Positions 1 through 9,835 of a stretch of DNA of 64,000 nt are shown one piece after another. Under the pieces are notes generated by a model. It had not been told where the DNA came from and searched no databases. It saw nothing but the letters and a program-made list of their open reading frames with translations. How positions within the stretch are numbered: position 1 is the stretch's first letter; every line of letters starts with the position of its first letter. Made by a program: the position numbers and the translations under genes. This stretch comes from Alphaproteobacteria bacterium (GTDB taxonomy: Bacteria > Pseudomonadota > Alphaproteobacteria > UBA7985): NCBI GenBank assembly GCA_964228455.1, contig CAXQZM010000043.1, positions 22,633 through 86,632 of the forward strand, written 5' to 3'.

Positions 1-26
1 CTATAAATAACGTTGGGAGAAATTAA

Positions 27-650
27 GTGACTGGAAAACTCCAAACAGTATACAAAGCAAATAGCACTGAGGCACAAAAGCTTGCTTATGACGAATGGGC
101 AGGTGAGTACGAGCGAGACTTGCTTTCTCAGGGGTATACTTTGCCAAGCCAGTGTGCCACGCTTTTTGCCGCATTTGTTTCTGAGCGTAGAGGGCCTTTT
201 CTTGATGCGGGCTGTGGCACCGGAATGCAATTAGAGCCCCTCCATATGGCTGGATTTAGAGGGTTTACCGGCATTGACTTATCGATGGGCATGCTATCGA
301 TCGCTCGCCGCAAGGGAATGCACGATGAGCTTTTCCAGGCGACCATGGGAGAGAGACTGCCTTTTGAAGACAGTCAATTTAATGCAACGCTTACCTGTGG
401 AGCCATCACTCAGGGGCACGCACCGGCCAAGAGTTTTGATGAATTAATACGGGTTACTAAGTCTGGCGGTCTGATTGTTTTCACGCTGCGCTGCGACGAC
501 GGTATCAACCACTCGTATGCGGACCGCTTGAGTGAACTCCTACACGAAGGTTGCTGGAGAGTGATTTATGAATCGACTCCGAGGATAACCTTTCCGTTGG
601 GAGAAGAAACACATATTCAGCACAAGGGATGGGTATTTGAGGTCGTTTAG
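27..650 (+). CDS. class I SAM-dependent methyltransferase
   Basis: 207-aa ORF with GTG start. Glycine-rich SAM-binding motif I (LDAGCGTGMQ) followed by an acidic motif II (GIDLS), typical of Methyltransf_11/25-type enzymes. Confidence 0.7.
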   Translation: MTGKLQTVYKANSTEAQKLAYDEWAGEYERDLLSQGYTLPSQCATLFAAFVSERRGPFLDAGCGTGMQLEPLHMAGFRGFTGIDLSMGMLSIARRKGMHDELFQATMGERLPFEDSQFNATLTCGAITQGHAPAKSFDELIRVTKSGGLIVFTLRCDDGINHSYADRLSELLHEGCWRVIYESTPRITFPLGEETHIQHKGWVFEVV

Positions 651-825
651 GGACCATTTGTATTACTATTTCCAAAAATATCCATGGCTTTGCTGGACTC
701 GTTAAATCGGACGTGTAACAGGAACGGTTGCTCACGGTGGAGGAGAGATAGCTTAAGCTGCTACCCTGAGTTAATCTGATGTGAGGAAGTCTCACACCCT
801 TATTTTTAGAGGAGGTCTTTAGACC

Positions 826-1770
826 ATGAAAAAATTTGCATTTGCAGCGTCTACTCTGGCGCTTTCAACTGGCATCGCTGCCGCAGACGTAAACGTTGCT
901 TTCTTTCTTGAATGGGCAACTCCAAACCAGATCGCTAAAGTAGAAAAAGCTTATGATGATGCGATGGGTACAGATATTAACTGGACTAACTTCAACACTG
1001 GTGTTGGGATGTCTGAAGCCATGATTGCTGGCGAGATCGACATCTCTTATTCTCAAGGCTTAGCTCCCTTTGTAAGCGCGGTCGCTTCAGGTGCGCCATT
1101 AAAGATGGTTTCAATTGCTGTAGAATATCCACCTAACAAGTGCTTCGTAGCTGACTCTCTAGGGATCACAGCAGACAATGCCGCAGATCTAGAGGGCATG
1201 ACTGTAGCCGTTCCTTTGAACACTATGGCCGATTTTTCTTTCCGTAAGCAAATGACAGCACTTGGTGTAGACATTGATGAAATTAATGTTGTTGACCAAG
1301 ATCCTGCATCTGGTGCTGTTGCACTTGCCGAAGGAGCTGTTGCTATGGCTTGTATTTTCGGTGGTGCATCGTCTGCTAAAGCTGATGAAGTAGGAACAGC
1401 ACTAATGGACAATGCGGCACTAGCAGCTGCTGGCATCCAAGCGTTTGATGTTGTGTCTGTCACAGAATCTTTCGCTGCAGAAAACCCAGATCTAGTGCGT
1501 GAGTTCTTAGCTGTAACAGATGCAGCTAATGCTTCGTTTACAGGTTCAGATTCTCAAATGGCCATTATTGCGGCTGACGCCGGCATGGACGTGGAAACCA
1601 CAAAAGCTCAAATGTCGGAGTTCGTATTCCCTTCAACTGAGGCTCAGTTAACTAATTATTTCGGACCTGATGGAACAGCGGCAGCGGCAGCAGCATCTCT
1701 TGGGTTAGTATTCGGTGCAGACGATGCAGCACTGCTTGCATCAACTATCGACGGCTCTTTCTTAGAGTAG
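826..1770 (+). CDS. ABC transporter substrate-binding protein, taurine/sulfonate/nitrate (NitT/TauT) family, TauA-like
   Basis: N-terminal signal peptide (MKKFAFAASTLALSTGIAAA). Pattern of conserved blocks resembles E. coli TauA (recalled, not aligned). An RBS-like GGAGG sits upstream. Confidence 0.7.
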   Translation: MKKFAFAASTLALSTGIAAADVNVAFFLEWATPNQIAKVEKAYDDAMGTDINWTNFNTGVGMSEAMIAGEIDISYSQGLAPFVSAVASGAPLKMVSIAVEYPPNKCFVADSLGITADNAADLEGMTVAVPLNTMADFSFRKQMTALGVDIDEINVVDQDPASGAVALAEGAVAMACIFGGASSAKADEVGTALMDNAALAAAGIQAFDVVSVTESFAAENPDLVREFLAVTDAANASFTGSDSQMAIIAADAGMDVETTKAQMSEFVFPSTEAQLTNYFGPDGTAAAAAASLGLVFGADDAALLASTIDGSFLE

Positions 1771-1869
1771 ACTGATCACAAAATGGCTCTTTCGTGAGCA
1801 GTGAGGCAGGCTCTTCAGGGGGCCTGCCTTTTTTCTAATTGTTTTAACGTTTTTCGCTGGGTTCTGTTT

Positions 1870-2667
1870 ATGGCTGACTTGCTGGTCCAAGATCTCAATA
1901 TGACCTTCACCAATCCTCAGACGGGGGCAGCGGTCGAGGCCTTAAAGAACGTTAATTTTACCCTAAAAAAGGGTGAGTTACTCTCAGTTTTAGGCCCGTC
2001 TGGATGTGGGAAGACAACCTTACTCAATTTAATTGCTGGATTTATAAATCCAACAAGCGGCGGTTTAAGCCTGGGACAGTCATCCATAAAGGGGCCAGGT
2101 GTTGAGAGAGGGATGGTGTTCCAACAGGGAGCTTTATTCGAGTGGCTTTCTGTAGCGCGCAATGTGGATTTTGGTCTTAGGCAAAAGGGAATAAGCCCAG
2201 AGGAGTCCGAGTCCTTAGTTGAGAAATGGCTAGATATCGTTGGCCTTCAAGGGTTTGGGGATACGCCAACATATCAGCTTTCCGGTGGAATGCAGCAGCG
2301 CGTGGCATTGGCCCGCTGCTTGGTAAATGATCCGGACCTTATTTTGATGGATGAGCCTTTAGGCGCTCTGGATGCGCTAACTCGCGAAAAGATGCAGTCT
2401 CTAGTGCTTGAGCTGTGGAAAGAGACGGGTAAGACAATTATGATAATTACCCATTCGGTTGAAGAGGCCTTACTCTTGGGTGAGCGTTTATTTGTAATGG
2501 CTCCACGGCCCGGTCGTCTTCACAAGGAATATAATCTTCCGTTTGCTGAGATGGGACTGAAACAATCATTGCGCGAGGTAAAGCAAGACCCTCAATTCAA
2601 TGACGTTCGCGAGGAGATTCTTTCCATGATCTGGGATATGGAAGAAGAGATTATGGGGAAGGTTTAG
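1870..2667 (+). CDS. ABC transporter ATP-binding protein, NitT/TauT family (TauB-like)
   Basis: Walker A (GPSGCGKTT), ABC signature (LSGGMQQRVALARCL), Walker B (LILMDEP). Start moved from 1801 to the ATG at 1870 (MADLLVQDLNMTF), which is more typical for this family. Confidence 0.85.
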   Translation: MADLLVQDLNMTFTNPQTGAAVEALKNVNFTLKKGELLSVLGPSGCGKTTLLNLIAGFINPTSGGLSLGQSSIKGPGVERGMVFQQGALFEWLSVARNVDFGLRQKGISPEESESLVEKWLDIVGLQGFGDTPTYQLSGGMQQRVALARCLVNDPDLILMDEPLGALDALTREKMQSLVLELWKETGKTIMIITHSVEEALLLGERLFVMAPRPGRLHKEYNLPFAEMGLKQSLREVKQDPQFNDVREEILSMIWDMEEEIMGKV

Positions 2668-2671
2668 TTAA

Positions 2672-4813
2672 ATGACTCGCTCCAACCTGCTGTATGCGCT
2701 CTACGGCCTGCTCGTCGTCTGGGCTGCATATGTGCTCCTGCCACCGCTCCAGGGGCTAGTGTCATCAACATACGGAGGTCTGGCGACAAGCTTACATAGT
2801 TTGTACCGCGCGTACGCAGATGCCGTAGCACCACTTCTGACATGGACATCAATTAACCGAGGCGTCTTCGCGGCAGTTATAATTATCATTTTAGCCACCT
2901 TATTTGTTTGGTCTATAGTCATCGGCTTAAGGCAGTCAAAAATACGAGAAAAAGACGAAGTGTTTGGTGATCCTGAGCGCACACGAGGGGGCTGGTACTG
3001 GATGGTCTGTGGCCTCGCATCTTTGGCATTGGTTTGGTTCTATTTTTCTTGGGGAGCAGCTCGAGCGTTTTTTCCTAATGCGGCTAACGAAATATGCCAG
3101 GTTGCAACGCTTAATACGGCAATGCGTCCAATCGGCGGTGCGCTGCCACCGCGATATTTCCTAGGAACAGAGGTCATAAGGGCAACGCATAATGAGATTT
3201 CAGAAATTAAACTTCTAAGTACCCGAGTTGCCCTAACAGAAGCACAACGCGCCGAGATAGGAACGCTAACAAATGAGTTAGAGGCGCTGATGTCAGAGCT
3301 CTCTGATCCAGAGGCTCTGTCAGAAGAAGTTTCCGCTGAAATCATTGCTGTCTCAGAGGGGCTAGCCTCAGCAGCAAATGACCTTCGGTCAGGATTTCAC
3401 CCTAATATGGCTGATGAACAAACTCTCCTTCAAAATAGAGCGCAAGGAGCAGGGGGCATCGCGGACGAGGCAACTAAAGAAATACCATTTAGCCCTATCT
3501 CTTCCCGCGGAAGTTTATTTGTGGCGGTTGCAGGAGATGTTGAGCTGCTAACAAAGCAATTTCAGGGAATTAAAAACCTTACTGGCGATCGCAAGGTTAG
3601 GATTGATGCGCTTAAAGATGATATAAAAGCGTTGAAGGCTGAGTTCGCTGAAATCACGGACCAGGATAGCGCGAACCGCACTCGGATTATTCGTAAACTC
3701 GAAGGCAGGTCGAGAGCCATTGCTCGGGGAACTATTTTTCCTCCTCAAGCATTAGATCCGATAGAAGATTCCATGCTGTCTCTTGCTAGCGCCTCTAATG
3801 TGGCGCAGGGCGGTCTTTGGTTTGTGGATGCCATCATGCTACCCACAAGTACGATAGAGAGAACCGCTACCGTATGCACTGAGTTTGGTTCTGGCCGCTG
3901 GTTACCAAAGCCACTCGATGTAATCGCGCGCTTTGGAGAGATGGCAAATATTCATCTAAACTCTGACGCAACGGCAGTAAATGAAGATACCGGACAGCCA
4001 TTCCGGCCTGGAGGAATGAAGGGCGTAAGACTTCTGTGGGTGAAGTGGTTGCCTATATCAGATGTCGTGGCGCCCCTTATTCCCAATGGTTTGGTAGATT
4101 TGTTGCCTGGGGAGTATCCAACGCATCAAGAGGATGGAACTTTCAGGCATAATTTCAAATCCCGTGTTCTGGCGTTTACTCAAGGCGATGTGAATCTTGG
4201 ATATATACCAATGCTCGATGGCCACGTTTGGGATTCTTTATACCGTGTCATCGTCGCTATGGCGTTGGGAATAGGCATTGGCGTCCCCTTGGGGATTATG
4301 ATGGGCGCATCGAGATTTTTCAAATCATATTTTGATCCTCTTATAGAACTGTACCGACCGATCCCGCCACTAGCATGGGCACCATTGATTTTGACCGCTA
4401 TTGGTCTTGGCGATGCAGGCAAAATCACGCTTCTTTTCATGGTAGCGCTCGCCATCATGATTATTTCTGCGAGAACGGGCGCAATATCAACGCAGCTCTC
4501 CAAAATTAGGGCATCTCATTCGCTCGGCGCAAGCAATCGGCAAATTTTACGGCAAGTGATTCTGCCTAATGCTTTGCCAGAAATACTTACTGGTATTCGA
4601 ATTGCGATCGGTGTTTGTTGGGGAACTTTGGTTGCAGCGGAGCTATTAGCTGGAGAGACGGGAATAGGGTTTGTTGAAAATATTGCATCAAAGACCCAGG
4701 ATTATACAACAATCTGGGTAACCATATTAATTATGGGAATGCTTGGCTTTGCACTCGATCTTCTCATGCGCTGGGTTATTGCAAAGACAATACCTTGGAG
4801 AGGGAAGGGGTGA
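2672..4813 (+). CDS. ABC transporter permease, TauC-like, with a ~430-aa insertion in the first periplasmic loop
   Basis: The C-terminal ~225 aa matches my recollection of the TauC permease core, including IELYRPIPPLAWAPL, the EAA-like region SLGASNRQILRQVILPNALPEILTGIRIA and ELLAGETGIGF. The N-terminus carries a TM1-like segment. In between lie two extra hydrophobic helices and a ~380-aa hydrophilic domain with helical/coiled-coil-like stretches. The stop of the upstream ATPase is 4 nt before the ATG. Confidence 0.8.
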   Translation: MTRSNLLYALYGLLVVWAAYVLLPPLQGLVSSTYGGLATSLHSLYRAYADAVAPLLTWTSINRGVFAAVIIIILATLFVWSIVIGLRQSKIREKDEVFGDPERTRGGWYWMVCGLASLALVWFYFSWGAARAFFPNAANEICQVATLNTAMRPIGGALPPRYFLGTEVIRATHNEISEIKLLSTRVALTEAQRAEIGTLTNELEALMSELSDPEALSEEVSAEIIAVSEGLASAANDLRSGFHPNMADEQTLLQNRAQGAGGIADEATKEIPFSPISSRGSLFVAVAGDVELLTKQFQGIKNLTGDRKVRIDALKDDIKALKAEFAEITDQDSANRTRIIRKLEGRSRAIARGTIFPPQALDPIEDSMLSLASASNVAQGGLWFVDAIMLPTSTIERTATVCTEFGSGRWLPKPLDVIARFGEMANIHLNSDATAVNEDTGQPFRPGGMKGVRLLWVKWLPISDVVAPLIPNGLVDLLPGEYPTHQEDGTFRHNFKSRVLAFTQGDVNLGYIPMLDGHVWDSLYRVIVAMALGIGIGVPLGIMMGASRFFKSYFDPLIELYRPIPPLAWAPLILTAIGLGDAGKITLLFMVALAIMIISARTGAISTQLSKIRASHSLGASNRQILRQVILPNALPEILTGIRIAIGVCWGTLVAAELLAGETGIGFVENIASKTQDYTTIWVTILIMGMLGFALDLLMRWVIAKTIPWRGKG

Positions 4814-4823
4814 TCAGGCCATC

Positions 4824-5693
4824 CTAACCATTTATCAACGCAGAAATTAGCGCAACTTTAACGATATCATCTGTGGTCGCGCCTCTTGATAGATCCGCGA
4901 TTGGCTTTGCAAACCCGTGTAGCAAGGGTCCTATCGCCTGTGCTCCAGCGAGTTCTTGCATTAGCTTATAGCCGATATTGCCAGCATCAATATTTGGAAA
5001 AATTAAGGTATTTGGATTTGCTGCGTTTATGCCTTTGCGTACACCAATTTCAGGATTTAGTGCAGCGTCGCCTTGGACAGGGCCGACGGCCTGGATGCCC
5101 TTGTTTTTTAATTCGCTTGCCGCTGCTCGCACTTTGTCGACGCTAGCGCCTGAGCCGCTTGTGCCAGTGGAATAGGACAAAAAAGAGATTCGAGCATCAC
5201 CAAAAAGCAACTTCGCAGCCTTCGCTAAGTGATGGCCAATATGAACTAGTTGATCTTTGTTTGGATTAATATTTACTGCACAATCGCCAAAAAGCAGCTG
5301 CTTTCCGCTTGGAAAACTCATTAAAAACGAAGAACAAATCAGGGGTGCATCCGCCTCCAGACCTACAGCTCGAAGACCTGCTCTTAAGACAGTTGCCGTC
5401 TCGGTTGCGGCACCAGAAACAAGGAAGTCACCTTTGCCTAGGGTCAATAAAGCTGCAGCTCGATGGGTTGGATCCTGTAAAAAAAGGTCAATTTTGTCTT
5501 CTGATAGACCAGGTTTAACCCTCCTAAAAGGCTCCCTCATTTTCTCCTCAGGATCGCCTGGTTCAACAATTATACACCCTAGATTTGCCAGACGATTGGC
5601 AGCCTCAGCTACTCGACTATCGTGCATTTCTGGTATGATGATGCGAGGGCAGGTTTTCTGCACATGGGCTTGAGCTATGTTTATGAGGGTCAT
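4824..5693 (-). CDS. phosphate acetyl/butyryl-transferase (PTA_PTB family)
   Basis: 289 aa, short-form Pta/Ptb architecture. The glycine-rich C-terminal half is typical of phosphotransacylases. Confidence 0.65.
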   Translation of the reverse strand: MTLINIAQAHVQKTCPRIIIPEMHDSRVAEAANRLANLGCIIVEPGDPEEKMREPFRRVKPGLSEDKIDLFLQDPTHRAAALLTLGKGDFLVSGAATETATVLRAGLRAVGLEADAPLICSSFLMSFPSGKQLLFGDCAVNINPNKDQLVHIGHHLAKAAKLLFGDARISFLSYSTGTSGSGASVDKVRAAASELKNKGIQAVGPVQGDAALNPEIGVRKGINAANPNTLIFPNIDAGNIGYKLMQELAGAQAIGPLLHGFAKPIADLSRGATTDDIVKVALISALING

Positions 5694-5765
5694 GGGTTTA
5701 TCCTTAGCGCTAAGAGGCGTCGAATTTAAGACATAGTCTAGGAATGGCTATGCTAGACTTTATTT

Positions 5766-7244
5766 ATGTCAGGGTTAACCCAGTTTAAAATGCTCATCAA
5801 TGGAGCAGATGTAAATGCAAGTGATGGAGGCAAGCGCAAATCTATTGATCCTTCTACAGGCGAGCCTTGGGCTGAGTTTCCCGAGGCAACAAAAGAAGAT
5901 GTGGATTTAGCTGTAAGGGCTGCGCACTTAGCCCAAACGTCAGGGCCATGGTCCAAACTGACGCCAACGGAGCGAGGCCAAGCTTTATACCGTCTTGCCG
6001 ACGCCCTATCTGAAAACGCTGACAACATTGGGAGGCTTGAGACCCGAGATACGGGAAAGCTTCTGAAAGAGACTGTCTGGCAGGCAAAATATATTTCTGA
6101 CTATCTGAGGTATTTTGGAGGCGCTGCTGATAAGATATCTGGTGACACGCTACCAATCGATAAGCAGGACATGTTTGTCTATACCTCGAGGGAGCCCCTC
6201 GGTGTAATCGCTGCGGTGATCCCATGGAATTCACAACTATTTTTGTCAGCAACAAAGATAGGCCCTGCACTAGCAATGGGAAATACCCTGGTTTTAAAGG
6301 CTTCAGAGCATGCTCCTGCGCCATTGCTAGCATTTGCCAAGCTAGCCAAAAAGGCGGGAATCCCTGATGGTGTGATTAACGTAATCACTGGCGGTGGAGA
6401 GCCATGTGGAAGAGAGTTAACCAGTCATAATCTTGTTTCAAAAATAGCATTTACCGGCGGTGGCTCCGCTGCGAGGCACGTAGTCAGAAACTCAGCTGAA
6501 AATTTTGCGCAGGTATCTTTAGAGTTAGGAGGAAAGTCACCTTTTATTGTTTTTGATGATGCCAATATATCAAGCGCTACAAATGCTTGTGTGGCAGGGA
6601 TTTTTGGGGCGTCAGGTCAATCTTGTGTTGCTGGGTCTAGGCTGTTGGTTCAAGAAGACATCGCGGATCTTTTCGTAGAAAAGCTTTCCAGAATTGCTGA
6701 AAATATTCGTTTGGGGGATCCCGCAGACGGTAGTACGGAGATGGGTCCGTTGTGCACTATCGAACAGATTAAATTGATTGACGACCAGATCAACAAAGCG
6801 GTTTCTGATGGCGCAAAGGTAGTATGTGGGGGAGGCCGGACAGAGGGGAAGGGCCTGTTTTTTAAGCCAACAATCGTTGACTGTCCTGATTCTAAAATAA
6901 ATATTTTAGACACGGAGCTTTTTGGGCCAGTTTTGTCTGTTGTCCGATTTAAAACCGAGGCTGAAGCAATCATGCTGGCCAACGATACTAAATACGGACT
7001 AGCAGCTGGGGTTTTTACCAATAATCATAGCCGGGCGTTACGTATGTCAAAGAATTTACGAGCAGGCATTGTGTGGGTAAATACATATCGAGCAATTTCA
7101 CCGATTGCTGAATTTGGTGGTGAGCGCATGAGCGGTTATGGCCGTGAAGCAGGCTTTCAGGCCTTATATGACTATTCCCAGACCAAGTCAGTTTGGATGA
7201 ACCTATCGGATGAGCCCGTAGCCAATCCGTTTCGGCCGCGTTAG
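5766..7244 (+). CDS. NAD(P)-dependent aldehyde dehydrogenase
   Basis: ALDH glutamate box ELGGKSP, catalytic Cys context GQSCVAGSR, and the FTGGGSAARHV motif. Confidence 0.85.
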   Translation: MSGLTQFKMLINGADVNASDGGKRKSIDPSTGEPWAEFPEATKEDVDLAVRAAHLAQTSGPWSKLTPTERGQALYRLADALSENADNIGRLETRDTGKLLKETVWQAKYISDYLRYFGGAADKISGDTLPIDKQDMFVYTSREPLGVIAAVIPWNSQLFLSATKIGPALAMGNTLVLKASEHAPAPLLAFAKLAKKAGIPDGVINVITGGGEPCGRELTSHNLVSKIAFTGGGSAARHVVRNSAENFAQVSLELGGKSPFIVFDDANISSATNACVAGIFGASGQSCVAGSRLLVQEDIADLFVEKLSRIAENIRLGDPADGSTEMGPLCTIEQIKLIDDQINKAVSDGAKVVCGGGRTEGKGLFFKPTIVDCPDSKINILDTELFGPVLSVVRFKTEAEAIMLANDTKYGLAAGVFTNNHSRALRMSKNLRAGIVWVNTYRAISPIAEFGGERMSGYGREAGFQALYDYSQTKSVWMNLSDEPVANPFRPR

Positions 7245-7249
7245 AACAA

Positions 7250-8284
7250 ATGAGGTTTCAACTCGCGATAAATCTAGAAAGAACCTCGTCAAGCCAGGAC
7301 ATGTCAAAGGTCGCCTCTCATACGTTAGAGATGGTTCAAATGGCTGATCAGGCAGGGTTCGAAATAGTTTGGGCTGCAGAGCATCATGCTTTGGAGATGA
7401 CAATTGCTCCCAATCCGTTTCAATTGCTTACTTGGTGGTCTCAACACACAAGCCAAATAAGAATGGGCTGCGGCGTGGCAAATGCAGCTTATTGGCATCC
7501 AATCAATTTGGCGGGTGAGGCCGCAATGTGTGATTTAATATCTGGGGGCCGCCTGGAGCTAGGTCTAGGATCAGGAGCATATCAGCGCGAATTTGATCGC
7601 ATGCGACCGGGTGTTGATCAAAAAGACGGCTACAGATACCTCCAGGAAATGCTGCCTCTCATTCGAGAGCTTTGGAGTGGAGATGTGGCTCATAATGGAG
7701 AGTTTTGGCAATTTCCCAGTGCAACTTCAGTGCCCAAGCCCATCCAAAATGACGTTCCCATCTGGGTTGCTGCTCGCAGCCCAGTTACTTTTGATTATGC
7801 GGTTGAACAGGATGCCAACATTATGTCATGGCCGCTTACGCTCGGGTTTGAAGAGGCCGAAAAATATGCTTCACTTCGAAAGGAAGCAATCGAAAAATTA
7901 CCAGGCTCAACACCAAAGAAATTTGTGATGATGCGTCATACAGCAGTGTATGAATCGTCAGAGGATCGAAGAGCTTCTATGGCTGCGATTCGTCATAATT
8001 TAAGCCAGTTTGGAAACTTAATGACTAAGCGAGGAGAGGTTGAAAACGGGTTTCCTGAGCTTGTCCCATTCGACCAGATTGAGGGTAATGCGCGAGTGGA
8101 TTCAAGCATGCTAGAGAATAATCTTGTGTTTGGATCTGCAGAGCAAGTTACGGAAAAGCTTAAGGCATATCAGTCACTCGGGATCGACGGTTTTATTTAT
8201 TATTCTTCAATGGGGCTTGATCACACAGTACAAAAGCGCTCCCTAGAAACCTTTATTGAGAGAGTGATCCCTAACTTCAACTGA
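7250..8284 (+). CDS. LLM-class (luciferase-like) flavin-dependent oxidoreductase
   Basis: 344 aa with TIM-barrel LLM-family features. Sits 6 nt downstream of the ALDH gene, so probably co-transcribed. Confidence 0.7.
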   Translation: MRFQLAINLERTSSSQDMSKVASHTLEMVQMADQAGFEIVWAAEHHALEMTIAPNPFQLLTWWSQHTSQIRMGCGVANAAYWHPINLAGEAAMCDLISGGRLELGLGSGAYQREFDRMRPGVDQKDGYRYLQEMLPLIRELWSGDVAHNGEFWQFPSATSVPKPIQNDVPIWVAARSPVTFDYAVEQDANIMSWPLTLGFEEAEKYASLRKEAIEKLPGSTPKKFVMMRHTAVYESSEDRRASMAAIRHNLSQFGNLMTKRGEVENGFPELVPFDQIEGNARVDSSMLENNLVFGSAEQVTEKLKAYQSLGIDGFIYYSSMGLDHTVQKRSLETFIERVIPNFN

Positions 8285-8337
8285 ATTTCTGTTTTTGGCG
8301 ACAGGCAGATCTAAATCGAGAGTAGATAATCGAGCCA

Positions 8338-9069
8338 GTGTCTAATAAAGTAATACTAATCCATGGCCTTGGGCTCAGCACGTCAATGTGGGATGTTTTC
8401 GTCCCTGCTATTGAGAGTTGGGGTTTTGATGTTTTAACATACAACCTCCCCGGCCACGGAGGTGATGCGCCTGTAAAGCGATCACACGATTTACAGCTAT
8501 ATGTAGAGCAAGCCCTGGCTCAAATGGATAAAATTGGCTGGGACTGTGCGCATTTAGTTGGTTTTTCCCTAGGGGGCATGATAAACCGAAAATTGGCGTT
8601 GTTAGAGCCTCACCGAACCGCATCTTTGTCTATCTGGAATTCACCTCACGATCGCGGAGAGCACCAGCAGGCGGCAGTTGAGGACCGAGCAAGAAATTCT
8701 CGACAGTATGGCGTTGATTCAACTCTGGAGGCAGCCTTAGATAGGTGGCTTACGGCAGAAGCCACGGATGATCTGAGAAACCAGGTTCGGTCATGGCGTA
8801 GGAGCTGTGACCCAGGCTCATATGCAGAAGCTGCCTGGGTGCTAGCTAATGGCGTGCCAGAGTTGGTGAACGCAGAGCCAACAAAGCAGGTGCCAACGCA
8901 AGTTATTACATGTGAGAATGATGTTGGTTCAACGCCAGATATGGCCAGAAAAATAGCGATGGCGCTAAAAGCCGAAACGGTGGAGATTATCCCGGGATTA
9001 AAACATCTAGGTCTCCTTCAGCGTCCAGACCTCTTTTTGGATCCGCTTAAGAAATTTTTATCCTCTTAA
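8338..9069 (+). CDS. alpha/beta-fold hydrolase
   Basis: Nucleophile elbow GFSLGG and an HGLG oxyanion region near the N-terminus. Confidence 0.65.
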   Translation: MSNKVILIHGLGLSTSMWDVFVPAIESWGFDVLTYNLPGHGGDAPVKRSHDLQLYVEQALAQMDKIGWDCAHLVGFSLGGMINRKLALLEPHRTASLSIWNSPHDRGEHQQAAVEDRARNSRQYGVDSTLEAALDRWLTAEATDDLRNQVRSWRRSCDPGSYAEAAWVLANGVPELVNAEPTKQVPTQVITCENDVGSTPDMARKIAMALKAETVEIIPGLKHLGLLQRPDLFLDPLKKFLSS

Positions 9070-9766
9070 GTGTTAGGAAAAGACTAATCCCTGCAAAGTA
9101 TGAACTGCTGGCTATAAATACTATGAACCAGGGCTGAGCGGCGGAGCTATTATGTCCTTGGTGTAGGATCTGATAGCCTAATATTGCTGCTGATACTGTC
9201 CACAATGCAGAGTTTAGCCAATTCAGCCACTCATATCCACCTAACGGTGTTCTGAATGGGTGCACATAAGGGGTTGGAACGATGGTTAAGATTAAAAAAG
9301 CTCCAATTACAAACAATGATAGCCAAGCGGACAGCGACGACAGGACCACAAAAAAAACAACTACATTCCACAGAGCTGGAAAGCCTATAAAACTATTATC
9401 TTCCGCTTTCATGCCCACTTGAGCGAACGTAAAGCTACCAGCCAGCAACACCAGAGCTCCCGCTAAAGTTTGAAATCCGGCTGGTACAAGCGCCCAATGC
9501 CAAATCATCACGGCAGGAATCGTCACGTACGTGAAATAATCGATTACGAAGTCTAAAGCACCACCATCAACTCCAGGAGTGTAGATTTTTACTTTAGCAG
9601 CGCGTGCGAGGGTTCCGTCAATCCCATCAATAACAAGAGTGATTCCGAGGTATAGAAATGCTAGGCTTATGTTCTTATCAATTGTTGCGATTATAGATAA
9701 GAACCCGAAAACAAGCCCACTAGCAGTGAAGACGTGTACAAGAATAGCGAGGAAGCGTGCAGACAT
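9047..9766 (-). CDS. pcs: phosphatidylcholine synthase (CDP-alcohol phosphatidyltransferase family)
   Basis: CDP-alcohol phosphatidyltransferase motif DGIDGTLAR. Blocks resemble rhizobial Pcs (FTASG, DYFTYVTIPA, FIGFPALWNVVVF; recalled). Size of ~240 aa fits Pcs. Confidence 0.7.
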   Translation of the reverse strand: MSARFLAILVHVFTASGLVFGFLSIIATIDKNISLAFLYLGITLVIDGIDGTLARAAKVKIYTPGVDGGALDFVIDYFTYVTIPAVMIWHWALVPAGFQTLAGALVLLAGSFTFAQVGMKAEDNSFIGFPALWNVVVFFVVLSSLSAWLSLFVIGAFLILTIVPTPYVHPFRTPLGGYEWLNWLNSALWTVSAAILGYQILHQGHNSSAAQPWFIVFIASSSYFAGISLFLTLKRIKIS

Positions 9767-9835
9767 GTGTCTCTTGTAACGGCGAAGAAGACAAAATTCA
9801 CGGCCTATCTTTCAAGGGCTCGTGGCAAACACTAA

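Noticed and set aside
128-1463. Antisense ORFs inside the methyltransferase and SBP genes (128-346, 505-795, 865-1056, 1053-1463, minus strand)
   Set aside because: They are fully embedded in stronger, motif-supported genes on the opposite strand and have low-complexity Ala/Ser/Pro-rich translations typical of shadow frames in GC-moderate DNA.
3040-4503. Several minus-strand ORFs (3040-3345, 3548-3748, 4180-4503) within the long permease gene, considered as evidence that the 713-aa ORF is an artefact
   Set aside because: The plus-strand ORF is continuous and both its ends carry recognisable TauC-type sequence. The antisense ORFs lack any motif and sit within it.
7593-7928. 111-aa ORF in an alternative frame inside the LLM oxidoreductase gene
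   Set aside because: Same strand, but out of frame and overlapping a well-supported gene; no motif; likely spurious.
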